A DNA stretch of 64,000 bases. Source: an uncultured Gammaproteobacteria bacterium. GTDB taxonomy: Bacteria > Patescibacteriota > Microgenomatia > Daviesbacterales > UBA10151. The DNA is taken from the NCBI GenBank assembly GCA_964422835.1, contig CAYRCR010000001.1, forward strand, positions 22,030-86,029, read 5' to 3'. Below the pieces are notes generated by a model. It did not search any database. It was not told the origin of the DNA and was given only the letters and a program-made list of their open reading frames with translations. Of the stretch, positions 37,475 through 47,696 are shown piece after piece; the stretch's first letter is position 1, and each line of letters opens with the position of its first letter. Both the position numbers and the translations under genes were made by a program.

Positions 37475-39467
37475 ATTTTAACACTTGGACCCTTAACTCA
37501 TCATGAAAACATTGATTGGGTTTTTCCAATATTATTTTAATAAATTTCGCAGGGCGGGCAGCAAAGAAAAATTCTTTGTGTTTTTTTTCTTTAAACCGGC
37601 TGTCACTAAGTTGTTGTGCATGGAATAACTCTTCTTCCTTGTACCACTGCCCATCTTCTTTAGCAATCCATACTTCACCCATTACCGGACCGCAACTTTC
37701 TTTGTAATTAAAATCAAATATTAACCTGCTTAAAAGAATTTCTTTTGGTAAATTAATCATCAATAGATGGTCTTCCCCATCAACTGACAGTTCGGCAGGT
37801 GAAATTTCTTCCTGCAATCTCATATTTTTTTTAGTATGTTCCAAATCATTTTTCCAAACTTTAGCAATTGGAATTCCGTCAACAGTTACTTGATAGACCG
37901 GTTCAAGAAACTTATTTATATATTCCCAAATATAAGGATAATGGTGCATTGACCCTTGATGAGTAAGTTCAATAATATACTCACCTTCACGATAAATTCC
38001 GCTTCGATAAAAACCATCATAGTAACTTATATCTTTTCTTAACATCACCGGTGAAATATTAGTGTTTACTTTCTGGAGTAAAGCCAGTTTGGCATTAATT
38101 TCAGCATTTTGATTCAGCCACCAGATGGCTTGTAAATAGGCGTTACCAAAACTATTTCCCCAAAAAGGAATATTTTTTTCTTTGGCCCCGGCAATTCCTC
38201 CAATCAGCGAGTTAAAATAAACATTCTCATTTGGGTGCAATTTAACCAATACAAAAATATGAGGTAAGAATATAAGAATTATAGCTACGGGAATAATTAA
38301 TTTGACTACAGTATTTTTTTTGAATATCTTAAAATTGAGCCATTTGCTTAAATATTGGGCACCTAATCCTGCTAATAAAGCCATCGCCGGAATATATTCC
38401 ATAATTTGTCTTACTCCACCATAAGTTCTGGCGTAAGGTACACTTACCCGTATAATAGGAACGAGCAACCAAATCAGCCAAAGCAAAGCCACCTTATCCT
38501 GCTTTGTTCTTGTGAAAATGGTTTTTATTATTCCAACCATGGTAAGAATCAAAACCCAAGGGGGAGTTGTAATAATAATCCAAATCAAAGGATAAAGATT
38601 AATTTTAACTATCCAAAATATTCCAGCTTCTACATTAGAAGTCACCCCCCTTTCAATATAAAAGGAGATAACCCGAAATAGACCTTTTGGTTGGAACCAT
38701 AAATATGGCCATGTTCCTATAAAAATAGCAGCTACTACAATCGGAGATAATAGTAAAACCAGTCGAAATTTTTTGGGTAAATTTTTCCATACAAAAGATT
38801 TAGAATGTTCTAGCCAAAAATAAGGCCCAATAATTAGTGGCACAAATAAAACATTAAATTTGGTCCCTATGGCAAAAGCGAAACTTAAGACAGACATAAG
38901 CAACCATTTCCAATTTATTGTTTTTAACGCGTACCATAAACTAAAAATAACCGCCGTAAAAAATGTAGTTTCTACCGGGTCTTTTACATTGAAATGGGCT
39001 TCCCCGAAAAATAAAGGGTAAGAAGCCATTACAATTCCGGCAGTTAAACTAGCCAATAAGCCATAGGTCTTGTATGCAAAAATACCAATTAATAAAACTG
39101 AAATTGAGGAAACTAATACTCCAAATAAGTGGTGTGCCTCTATGTCACCTAAAATCCCCCATTTTTGATAGAAGAAATAATTTGTTAAAGCTGCCAGTAT
39201 CCCATTAAGGGGAGGATGTCCTCCATCATTTAAAAAGAAAAGCTTGGCAGTGTAATTATCATCCTGATAATAGCTGCGCCTTTCAGTCGATAAATTTCGG
39301 TAATCATCATTGCCCGTTAAAAAATAGTTCAGATAGGCCTGACCTCTAAAAAAATGGTCAGGCTCATCCCAGATAACTCCGTAATCTGAAAGTGTATTTA
39401 CTGTTATAATTAAAAACAAAATTGCAGGGAAAATTATTATTAATTTCTTAATACATCTAAAATGCAT
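37467..39467 (-). CDS. GT-C membrane glycosyltransferase with C-terminal beta-sandwich; paralog of 60185..62203
   Basis: YGVIWDEPDH, GHPPL, HFNVKD, GTKFN, YGGVRQ and HPNENVYFNSLIGG. Confidence 0.85.
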   Translation of the reverse strand: MHFRCIKKLIIIFPAILFLIITVNTLSDYGVIWDEPDHFFRGQAYLNYFLTGNDDYRNLSTERRSYYQDDNYTAKLFFLNDGGHPPLNGILAALTNYFFYQKWGILGDIEAHHLFGVLVSSISVLLIGIFAYKTYGLLASLTAGIVMASYPLFFGEAHFNVKDPVETTFFTAVIFSLWYALKTINWKWLLMSVLSFAFAIGTKFNVLFVPLIIGPYFWLEHSKSFVWKNLPKKFRLVLLLSPIVVAAIFIGTWPYLWFQPKGLFRVISFYIERGVTSNVEAGIFWIVKINLYPLIWIIITTPPWVLILTMVGIIKTIFTRTKQDKVALLWLIWLLVPIIRVSVPYARTYGGVRQIMEYIPAMALLAGLGAQYLSKWLNFKIFKKNTVVKLIIPVAIILIFLPHIFVLVKLHPNENVYFNSLIGGIAGAKEKNIPFWGNSFGNAYLQAIWWLNQNAEINAKLALLQKVNTNISPVMLRKDISYYDGFYRSGIYREGEYIIELTHQGSMHHYPYIWEYINKFLEPVYQVTVDGIPIAKVWKNDLEHTKKNMRLQEEISPAELSVDGEDHLLMINLPKEILLSRLIFDFNYKESCGPVMGEVWIAKEDGQWYKEEELFHAQQLSDSRFKEKKHKEFFFAARPAKFIKIILEKPNQCFHDELRVQVLKFI

Positions 39468-39473
39468 TGTTTT

Positions 39474-39498
39474 ATTTTATTAAGTCTAAAGGTAAAAT
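39474..39498. promoter_or_regulatory. Back-to-back -10 boxes of divergent genes
   Basis: TAAAAT on the minus strand (39474-39479) and on the plus strand (39493-39498), each exactly 6 nt before an ATG (39467 and 39505). Confidence 0.6.
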
Positions 39499-39504
39499 GA
39501 TACC

Positions 39505-41490
39505 ATGAAAATACCCATATTTGCATTTGTAGTAATTGGGCTTGCAACATTTGTTATTTATCTGCCCATCTTATTTAATCCACAAATTGTTTTAGGCCGG
39601 GGCAACGATTTACAGGAACAGTTTTGGCCAATTTTTAATTTTATTCAACAGCAAACCTGGCAGCATCATAGTTTCCCTTTATGGAATAATTTATTTTCAT
39701 CAGGACTACCTCTCCTCCCTGATCCCCAGTTTGCTTTCTTTTACCCTCCTAATTTACTTTTTCTTTTTTTACCCACCAATATTGCTTTTATTACTTCTTT
39801 TTTCTTACACACCCTTATTGGAGGTATGGGAATTTATCTAGCATCAAAGGTATGCTTTAAATTTTCCGGAACTACAAGTGTATTTACTTCAATAATTTAT
39901 ATTTTTTCTCCAAAGCTAGGAGGATATCTTGAAGCGGGGCATTATGGACTGGTTGCCTCCTGGGCTTGGTTTCCCTATATTATTATTGCCGTTTGGATGC
40001 TTGCCAAAAATCCCAAATTATCCTGGTCTATCTTATTGTCAACCGCATTGGCAGGTATTTTTTTTACTCACTCAATAACTTTCATTCTTGCAGCAATAAC
40101 AGCCGGATTATTTTTCATAACCATTTTGGTTTTAGATTTTTCCTTAAAAAAATGGTTCAAACCTTCAACCTATTTTATCATAAGTATTATTATTACATTT
40201 GGCTTAACCGCTATTACATTTCTACCCCAAATTGAATGGATACCACAAACAACCAGATTACTACTCATCCACGATCGCGATGTATACCCAAAATGGCTTT
40301 CTTTAAAGGAATTTATACAAAACATCTTCTATCCTTGGATAAACGGTCTCAAGGATATGCAAAATATAGATACGGAAAAATGGCTTAGTATGGGTTTTGG
40401 TACTTCATTACTGGCATTAGTTGGTTTTCTAAGATTACAAATAAAATATAAAATTTTTCTACTACTTGGATCCCTGATAATTATATTTATAAGCACAAAT
40501 AACGCGTCTCCTATTTATCATTTACTAATTTCTCAAGATTGGTTTGTTTTAATGAGAGTCTCAACAAGAATATGGTTTTTACAAGTTCTAATCATCGTCT
40601 TGCTTGCCGGATTCGGTTTCGAATCTCTCTCCAAAATAAAATTATCCCGCAAATACCTTGTTATATTTTCAACTCTGGCGATTTTAGAAATGTTATCACT
40701 ATCCTGGTCCCGATTATTTATTCCAATTGCAGCTCAATCCCGCTATGTCAGTAAGGAAATCTATCAGTTTTTAAAATCTGACAGAGACCGTTTTAGAATT
40801 TTTTGTGTTAACAGATGTTTATCACAACAAGACGCTGCCAAGGCAAATTTAGAATTAATCGAAGGATATAACACACTTCAGCAAATGAATTATTATAAAC
40901 ATATATGGCAGCTTAGCGGTGGATATTGGAATTATTATACACTTGCTTTACCGCCAACGGGAATTTATACTTTTCAAAAACCCCAACCTGATGCAATATC
41001 ATTGGGCCTTTACAACACAAAATATGTGGTCTCACCCTATCAACTGACTGACGATAACTTCAACCCGATAAATAAATTTGGCAACTTTTATCTCTATAAA
41101 AATATGGCCTTCAGACAAAGGGCATATTTTAAATCAAATGATGGTGAAGTTGACCCTTCTGCGCCCATCATTATATACTCTCCAAATTATATTAAAGTCG
41201 ATACTTCCGCCCAAAAATCTAAGTCATTAATACTTTCCGAAGTGTACAGCAAAGGATGGCATGCTTATCTTAACGGAAAAGAAGAAGTAGACATCCAAGA
41301 AACTCCCAATGCGCTTCGCCAAGTGGACATCAATAAGGACACCAAATTTGTGGAATTTGAATATTCACCTAACAGTTTTAAAATCGGCAGCTCTATTACA
41401 ATAGTGACAATATTATTTATATTGCTAGTCCTAACCAGAATAAACATTATTAGTACCTTTAAAAGAAACAGAAATTCCCGTAGTCAATAA
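39505..41490 (+). CDS. YfhO-family GT-C membrane protein
   Basis: NDLQEQFWP, PLWNNLFSSGLPLLPDPQFAFFYP, MRVSTR and LILSEVYSKGWHAYLNG, plus a C-terminal TM. Confidence 0.85.
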   Translation: MKIPIFAFVVIGLATFVIYLPILFNPQIVLGRGNDLQEQFWPIFNFIQQQTWQHHSFPLWNNLFSSGLPLLPDPQFAFFYPPNLLFLFLPTNIAFITSFFLHTLIGGMGIYLASKVCFKFSGTTSVFTSIIYIFSPKLGGYLEAGHYGLVASWAWFPYIIIAVWMLAKNPKLSWSILLSTALAGIFFTHSITFILAAITAGLFFITILVLDFSLKKWFKPSTYFIISIIITFGLTAITFLPQIEWIPQTTRLLLIHDRDVYPKWLSLKEFIQNIFYPWINGLKDMQNIDTEKWLSMGFGTSLLALVGFLRLQIKYKIFLLLGSLIIIFISTNNASPIYHLLISQDWFVLMRVSTRIWFLQVLIIVLLAGFGFESLSKIKLSRKYLVIFSTLAILEMLSLSWSRLFIPIAAQSRYVSKEIYQFLKSDRDRFRIFCVNRCLSQQDAAKANLELIEGYNTLQQMNYYKHIWQLSGGYWNYYTLALPPTGIYTFQKPQPDAISLGLYNTKYVVSPYQLTDDNFNPINKFGNFYLYKNMAFRQRAYFKSNDGEVDPSAPIIIYSPNYIKVDTSAQKSKSLILSEVYSKGWHAYLNGKEEVDIQETPNALRQVDINKDTKFVEFEYSPNSFKIGSSITIVTILFILLVLTRINIISTFKRNRNSRSQ

Positions 41491-42971
41491 GGAAATTGCG
41501 CAACATGGAAAATAACTTTCATCTTATCAATATCATCGGGGATGGCAGACACATCCTCAAAATATACCCGCAGTAAATTATCTTTATATAATAATTTTAA
41601 AGCATCCCCTCCTGATAAAATATAGAACGCCTGTTTTGATGAATTACCCCATTCCCTGGCAATTTTTGGGTAATTAGGATCATTTCTTATATAAAAGACT
41701 GCACCTTGTGGCAAGCTTGGGTACTTTTTTTTGATTTCTGAAAGCAAGTACTTTGCAGCAGAGCCTCTTTTAGCCGCCCAGTAAGTCAATTTATTCAGTT
41801 CAGTAGTTTGGTAAGAGATTACGATGAGCGACACAATGATTAAGACAGTCGTAATTTTGCCAATTTTTTTAAGATCCCACAAAGAGGAAAGGGAAAAAGC
41901 TAGAACCATGGAGAACCAAACCATCGAAAAACTCAGATAAAAAGTTGATTTATGTTGTGGAAAAAACAAAAATGGCGAAAGAGCCATTAAATAGGAAGAT
42001 ATAAAAAATAAAAAAATCCTGTTTTTAATAAACTTTCTTTTGAATTTAATTATCAAACCTATTATTGTAAAAAGAACAAGTCCTAAAAGTGGCATAACAA
42101 TTCCAAGGTAGGTACCATACCATTTCAAAAGGTTTGGATTTATTTTTAAACTGGGGCCAATAAAATCAATTAATATTTCAGAAAGCCCAAAACTCCAAAT
42201 GGTATACCAAATTAAAGAGTTAAGTATACTTTTAGGCGATAAAATAGGCTGATAAACCTGTTCAGAAGGGAGATGAATAAACAATGAAGTGGTAAATAAA
42301 TAAAAAAATGCAATTAAAGCAAAAGGGAGGAGCCGCATTATAATGAATTTAAAATTTCTTGTAGAAAATTTACCGTTTATACAAAATAATTCTGCCAAAA
42401 AAATTATACCCGGTAACACAATTGACATTTCATGACTTAATAGCGACAAAATGAAAAAAAATATCGAAAGCAGGTATTTCGTTACTTTTCTTTCCACTAA
42501 AAAAATAACGTACACTGCAACGCTTAATAAAAGAAAAAAAGTTGCCAAGAGTGTTTGAACAGAGGCAAGATAATAAAGCTCTACACTATGAATAGAACTG
42601 GCTGCATAAATTACTGTCGATACATACGTAATAAATTTATTTTTGGACACTGCTCTTGCTAATATAAAAATAAGAATAATATTGCAGCTGATCAAAAAAT
42701 AATTTACTAAATGAAACGGCAGTGGATTTAAACCGAAAGAACGATACATTATTAAGTTAAATGTTTCTCTGGATAACGGCCTGAAGAACGCATATTCTTT
42801 CTGAAGAGAAAAAAAGAAGGATGGGATATCCTGATAAGTTTTATTCATCACTACCCTTAAATGGAAGAAGTCATCCTGTGAAAAAAAAGAATTTAAAACC
42901 GAGGAAAAATGGATTAGAAGTAGAACAATTATCGCAATAAAGGTAAAATTATTTAGAATTTTTTGTTTCAT
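41484..42971 (-). CDS. Putative GT-C membrane glycosyltransferase
   Basis: FFSQDDFFHL, FFRPL, GLNPLPFHLVN and SLLSHE, resembling the TMTC/GtrII-like GT-C core. Confidence 0.8.
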   Translation of the reverse strand: MKQKILNNFTFIAIIVLLLIHFSSVLNSFFSQDDFFHLRVVMNKTYQDIPSFFFSLQKEYAFFRPLSRETFNLIMYRSFGLNPLPFHLVNYFLISCNIILIFILARAVSKNKFITYVSTVIYAASSIHSVELYYLASVQTLLATFFLLLSVAVYVIFLVERKVTKYLLSIFFFILSLLSHEMSIVLPGIIFLAELFCINGKFSTRNFKFIIMRLLPFALIAFFYLFTTSLFIHLPSEQVYQPILSPKSILNSLIWYTIWSFGLSEILIDFIGPSLKINPNLLKWYGTYLGIVMPLLGLVLFTIIGLIIKFKRKFIKNRIFLFFISSYLMALSPFLFFPQHKSTFYLSFSMVWFSMVLAFSLSSLWDLKKIGKITTVLIIVSLIVISYQTTELNKLTYWAAKRGSAAKYLLSEIKKKYPSLPQGAVFYIRNDPNYPKIAREWGNSSKQAFYILSGGDALKLLYKDNLLRVYFEDVSAIPDDIDKMKVIFHVAQFPY

Positions 42972-43359
42972 CTTTTTTTACTGATTTATTAAAAATAACC
43001 TCAACTATCATAGTCCCTACCCCAACTACCAAGGCCTCATAAGCATAAACTGCTGTTCTTTCAGCCCAAATATTTACTCCAGCTACCCGTAAGAAAGCGG
43101 CGAATAACCAAAAAAGCCCGGTTAGTATAAACACTCCATTGCTTTTAAATTTTAAGAGGAATATTAATAAAATAAGGCTCACCATAACTATCAGGTTAAT
43201 ATTAATTTCAAAAAAGGGGGCAAAATAACCCGCAGAACGAAGAAGTAATAAGGAAATTAAAACAAGGTTAAAAATAAATATTCCTAAAATATTTTCATTT
43301 GCCCACCTTTTTAATATGTCGAGGTTATTCAAATATAATTTCTTAGCTGCCTTTTTCAT
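42949..43359 (-). CDS. Small multi-TM membrane protein
   Basis: About 136 aa with 4 hydrophobic segments, overlapping both neighbours. Confidence 0.7.
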   Translation of the reverse strand: MKKAAKKLYLNNLDILKRWANENILGIFIFNLVLISLLLLRSAGYFAPFFEININLIVMVSLILLIFLLKFKSNGVFILTGLFWLFAAFLRVAGVNIWAERTAVYAYEALVVGVGTMIVEVIFNKSVKKDETKNSK

Positions 43360-46300
43360 ATTTTCTCCCAATTCGATTTTTAATAGTAAATATTAAAAAA
43401 ATTCCCAGAGCGGCAATGAAAACTCCAGAGGATACCAGTATACCGTATAAGAACAAATTCTGGGGTTGATAATAAATTCTAATATTATAATTTTCGGGCA
43501 TATTATCCAGAAACCAGCCGTTAGCATATGAATTAGCGGAAAAATGTAGCGGCTTTATTGGAAGCTCCCCTTTTTCGTCGAATATTGAAAGACGCCATTG
43601 TGGAGAGTAATTCTCTGAAAATATAATTAAATGAGGTTTAGAACCCCCTCTAACAACACCCTCATATAATACAGGAGAACTTTTTTCAAACTCAATAACA
43701 GGAGGCGTAAACCGAGCAACTTGTTCTTCATTCATTAAAAATAACTTGTTAGAAAAAATCCGATTGATTTTAAAGTCATCATAAAAAACTTTTGTCCCCA
43801 GAGGGTCACTAGTACCAGGAGCTTCCAAATCAACCAGAAATTTGGAACCAATCCTATTTGGCTCATAAAAGGTACTAAAAATTCTCCATTCAGGATAGTT
43901 AGGAAGAAGCTCACCCTGAAGTTTGGCCAATAAATCATCTTTAACTTGGGAAATTAACATATTTGCCGGTCTTCCGTACACTTGCTTATATTTAATCTCA
44001 AGGTAAAAATCACTCAAAGGATCAAAATCAGACACTTCAAAACGTGCCCCCATACTTTTACCATCAAAATTTATGATACTTAAATATTTATTCTGTAAAT
44101 TATCTGTGATAATTTCAAATTTTCCTTTGTTTTCCCCCCTTACAACTTCTTCAAAACTTATTCCATCATTAAAACTCCCTCCAAAAATAAGGTTCTTATT
44201 AATAAGCCTTATTAAAATAATATGCTGCCCAGCCGAAAATAATACTGGCTTAAAGTAAAAATACGAATCATTACTTTTATCGAATTCTAAAACTTTAGTT
44301 TTGCCATCTATTTCAACTATTAGTCCGGAAGCTACATCCAGTCCAAAATCAGTAATGCGAAATTTTTCGAGTACTGGGATATAAGTGCCTACCCTTGGCA
44401 ATGTAAATTTATAATCAACTCGAGATAGATCTGAACTTATGTTTTGTGTGGAAATGGATGTATCAGGATTCTTAAAAGAATCTAGTGCCTTTACTTGCGA
44501 ATTTTCTGCGATAAAAATCCTTCCACTACCTTCCTCAATACCAGAAATTTGTTTAATGTTATTATCCTCTGGATTAAGAAGTATGCTTCTTTGTGGAAGC
44601 ACTGCAAATGCTTGTTCCTCTTGAATCATTGGATAAGAAAAAAATACTTTTTCAGCAATGAAAATCTTTGGGGTAAAATTATTTCTAGTCAAATCGTAAA
44701 AATGCCAATCACCGAATTGTTGATTTGCATATTTTATAATTGAAGGTGGCAAATTAAGAGCACTACTATTCTGATCATTTTTATAGAAAATTTGAGACAC
44801 ACCAAGCTTCCCGGCAATATTTTCAGCGGCACTAATCTGACCTTTTTTTAGGTTTGTGTAAAACATCCGAATTATTTTTGCTAAAGGAGAATCCGATGCA
44901 GAAAAAGGAGTAAATATAACTTCATGGTCAGATAGAAGCGCCAAAATTGAGTCAATACCCCGATATCCCCATTTAAAACTTTCAATTTCGTCGTCAGGGT
45001 AACTTATAATACGGCCAGATTTGACATTATCTAAATTATTTCCCGCATCAAAAACATATTTGGGAAAATCAACAAAAAATCCATCAATTCTCCCGGGCCG
45101 GAAAATTTCACCTGAAATTTGCGGATATGTATATTTTAAATTCGCCAAAATTAAAACAAAAGCAGCAAGGCTGACTACCTTTTTCAATAAACTTGGGCCA
45201 ATCCATTCCGTTAATCTTTTTTTCTCCAAAATAGATTGAGTAAGCAAACTCGTTAAACCAGCAAGAGATAGAATTACAAGAGGAGTAAAAATATACCACG
45301 GGCTTCTGAATAGGGTAAAAAAGGGCACATGGTCGGATAAGAAACGGTAAATTCCACCTGTTGGGAAATGCGTACCTGCCCCCAAAAAAGTACCCAATAT
45401 AAACATAGTACCAAAATTTAAATAAAGATTATTTTTAGCTTCAATACGGAAAATTAAGGAAAATATCGCAAGTAAAGGGATGAGGAAGCTAAAACCTAAA
45501 AACGCCGGATTTTCAAAATAAACGGTTGCGTAAGGAATATAAAAGGGTTTATGTGTATCCAGATCTATTGCATACCAATCCCAAGCTCCTTGAATCCTCA
45601 TTACATTCAGTAGACTTGTATTTTCGGAAATACTGTCAACCCAGTTTCTAAATCCCATTTTATCTATGCTTCCGGTAGGTGAAATATTAGAAGCAATAAA
45701 ATGTGCAGCTGGTAAAATCCAAAAAAGGTTAACAGATATTAAAACAATAAATACGAAAATTAAATCTCTTCCACTTCTGAAAAAAAATCGCATATTAAAA
45801 TTAACAAATATTCCTCCCAAGAAATAAATTAAAAGTACAAAAAAGAAAACGGCAAAATAAGCCGGATTTATTCCGGATCCCGAGAGAATAATTCCGGTTA
45901 AAACTATAAGAAAAAAAGCTTGATAATACTTTAGGGTGCCATCTACCATTTTCTGAAGAATTGCAAGGCCTAGCGGTATTGCTGCAACCAACGCAAGATT
46001 GGCAACTTTAACATTTTCCCAACTATTAAAAAGGTAGATATTAAACGAGTAAAGGCTTACAAAAAGAACCTGGATAAGTAATTTTCCGGGGATAATTATT
46101 CTTGCAAAAATAAATGAAGATATTACAATCAATCCAAACCAAAAAATAAAACTAATAAGCTCAACCTGCTGTAAGGGTAAACCCAAAAGATAGGGGATAA
46201 CTTGAACAGAATGAAAAAAAAGCCCTGCTATAGAAGAGGAAAAATCTGATCCAGCATTAATAACTGAATTCCAAACGAACATACGCCTTGCAAACCATAT

Positions 46301-46432
46301 TTCCGGGTTAAGCGGAAAATTAGTATCTACCCCATTGATTAGGACATTGCCCCTTCCCCAAAACCACATTAGCGGAGTCAGTGAAAAGATTATAATAATT
46401 AAGATTGGCCAATATTTAAAAAAATATTTCAT
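43343..46432 (-). CDS. Large AftD (DUF3367)/YfhO-like GT-C membrane protein with external CBM-like domains
   Basis: 1029 aa with GVDTNFP after TM1, NLFWILP, TLFRSPW, a jelly-roll-like segment (NLIFGGSFNDG...FYDDFKI), a YfhO-like tail (FSENYSPQW...ANSYANGW...YYQPQ) and a C-terminal TM. Confidence 0.78.
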   Translation of the reverse strand: MKYFFKYWPILIIIIFSLTPLMWFWGRGNVLINGVDTNFPLNPEIWFARRMFVWNSVINAGSDFSSSIAGLFFHSVQVIPYLLGLPLQQVELISFIFWFGLIVISSFIFARIIIPGKLLIQVLFVSLYSFNIYLFNSWENVKVANLALVAAIPLGLAILQKMVDGTLKYYQAFFLIVLTGIILSGSGINPAYFAVFFFVLLIYFLGGIFVNFNMRFFFRSGRDLIFVFIVLISVNLFWILPAAHFIASNISPTGSIDKMGFRNWVDSISENTSLLNVMRIQGAWDWYAIDLDTHKPFYIPYATVYFENPAFLGFSFLIPLLAIFSLIFRIEAKNNLYLNFGTMFILGTFLGAGTHFPTGGIYRFLSDHVPFFTLFRSPWYIFTPLVILSLAGLTSLLTQSILEKKRLTEWIGPSLLKKVVSLAAFVLILANLKYTYPQISGEIFRPGRIDGFFVDFPKYVFDAGNNLDNVKSGRIISYPDDEIESFKWGYRGIDSILALLSDHEVIFTPFSASDSPLAKIIRMFYTNLKKGQISAAENIAGKLGVSQIFYKNDQNSSALNLPPSIIKYANQQFGDWHFYDLTRNNFTPKIFIAEKVFFSYPMIQEEQAFAVLPQRSILLNPEDNNIKQISGIEEGSGRIFIAENSQVKALDSFKNPDTSISTQNISSDLSRVDYKFTLPRVGTYIPVLEKFRITDFGLDVASGLIVEIDGKTKVLEFDKSNDSYFYFKPVLFSAGQHIILIRLINKNLIFGGSFNDGISFEEVVRGENKGKFEIITDNLQNKYLSIINFDGKSMGARFEVSDFDPLSDFYLEIKYKQVYGRPANMLISQVKDDLLAKLQGELLPNYPEWRIFSTFYEPNRIGSKFLVDLEAPGTSDPLGTKVFYDDFKINRIFSNKLFLMNEEQVARFTPPVIEFEKSSPVLYEGVVRGGSKPHLIIFSENYSPQWRLSIFDEKGELPIKPLHFSANSYANGWFLDNMPENYNIRIYYQPQNLFLYGILVSSGVFIAALGIFLIFTIKNRIGRKYEKGS

Positions 46433-46496
46433 TCTCCACAGCTCGAGCTCAATCCGTACTTTACCATATTTGTGAGGAATTAGCTTAAGGTTATTT

Positions 46497-46988
46497 TTAA
46501 TTTATCTTATCAATGAATATTTTAACGGTGTTTATGTCATTTTCCAGTAGTCTCCACCAACCCGAGCCAAATTCAAAATTCCTTTGCAGTGTATCGAGAA
46601 TCTTCAGGTGTTCCCTGTACATTTGTTTTATTTGTTCTTTATCAGCAACATTCTTTTGGGATGCAATTAAATCCCCAAGCCTTCCTACATATGTAGCATA
46701 GCGGCTTGACTGTTCCTCTACAGCATCTCCTTCCCCACGCCTTATTACTAAATCAAGCTCTCCTAATCTTTTCTCAACCAAATATTTCTGGTAGGAAAGC
46801 TTATCTTTGTCTGAAAATTTAAAAAAAAGTGTTATTTTTTCTTTTAATCTTTCAATAGGATTTACTACCTCCTCGACTTTCAAAAGCGCATCGGAAGCTG
46901 ATCCGGCCCATTCATCGGCTGTAACCAATTGAGGGGCAAGTAAAAATGAAAATAGAAAAAATAATGGAAGCAGAAAAACCTTTGCCAT
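46497..46988 (-). CDS. Secreted alpha-helical protein, DUF5667-like
   Basis: Signal peptide, then ERLKEKITLFF...DKDKLSY...LVEKRLGEL. Confidence 0.65.
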   Translation of the reverse strand: MAKVFLLPLFFLFSFLLAPQLVTADEWAGSASDALLKVEEVVNPIERLKEKITLFFKFSDKDKLSYQKYLVEKRLGELDLVIRRGEGDAVEEQSSRYATYVGRLGDLIASQKNVADKEQIKQMYREHLKILDTLQRNFEFGSGWWRLLENDINTVKIFIDKIN

Positions 46989-46993
46989 TGTAC

Positions 46994-47001
46994 ATTATAA
47001 T
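46994..47001. promoter_or_regulatory. Symmetric (bidirectional) -10 element in a 20-bp divergent gap
   Basis: ATTATAAT palindrome. The minus-strand TATAAT is 5 nt from ATG 46988 and the plus-strand TATAAT is 7 nt from ATG 47009. Confidence 0.65.
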
Positions 47002-47008
47002 ATACGAT

Positions 47009-47692
47009 ATGATCCGCAAACGCAAGACGATTTTTATAATTATTCCTGCTCTTAATGAAGAAAAAAAAATTAAAGTAGTTGTAGATGAAGCGGCAAAATT
47101 TGGAGATACAGTAGTAATAGTAGACGACGGCTCAAAGGATAAAACAATACTCCAGGTTAAAAATCCCAAAGCAGTCATTCTAAAACATTGTGTCAATTTA
47201 GGGCAAGGAGCAGCCCTTCGAACCGGCCTTGAATACGCTCAAAAAATGGGCGCCGATATTGCTGTGACTTTTGATGCTGACGGCCAATTTATTGCTTCAG
47301 AAATACCTAAAATAATAAAGCCGGTTGTTGAGGGAAAAGCTGATATCGTTTTAGGATCAAGATTTTTAGGGCAAACAGTAAATATGCCATTTTCAAGATT
47401 TATCACGTTAAAATTGGGGATCTATTTCACCTATTTTTTTTCCGGAATTAAACTTTCCGATACACATAACGGGTTCCGTGCCCTAAATAGAAAAGCTATA
47501 CAAAATATAAAAATTACTCATAATAAAATGGCTCACTCTTCAGAAATTATCGACCTTACTAAAAAACACAAACTCAAACTAATTGAGATCCCTGTTACTG
47601 TTATATATAATGAGTATAGTAAACAAAGAGGTCAAAGTTCATTTAATGCATTAAGAATCTGTCTTGATTTAATTGCTAAAAAGCTTTACTAA
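47009..47692 (+). CDS. Polyprenol-phosphate glycosyltransferase (DPM1/GacI-like GT2)
   Basis: IIIPALNEE, VDDGSKDKT, NLGQGAALRTG, FDADGQ, DIVLGSRF and DTHNGFRA. Start ATG 47009. Confidence 0.92.
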   Translation: MIRKRKTIFIIIPALNEEKKIKVVVDEAAKFGDTVVIVDDGSKDKTILQVKNPKAVILKHCVNLGQGAALRTGLEYAQKMGADIAVTFDADGQFIASEIPKIIKPVVEGKADIVLGSRFLGQTVNMPFSRFITLKLGIYFTYFFSGIKLSDTHNGFRALNRKAIQNIKITHNKMAHSSEIIDLTKKHKLKLIEIPVTVIYNEYSKQRGQSSFNALRICLDLIAKKLY

Positions 47693-47696
47693 ATAT

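Noticed and set aside
46440-46449. 10-bp palindrome AGCTCGAGCT in the leader of the 1029-aa gene
   Set aside because: Single short copy; chance occurrence is plausible.
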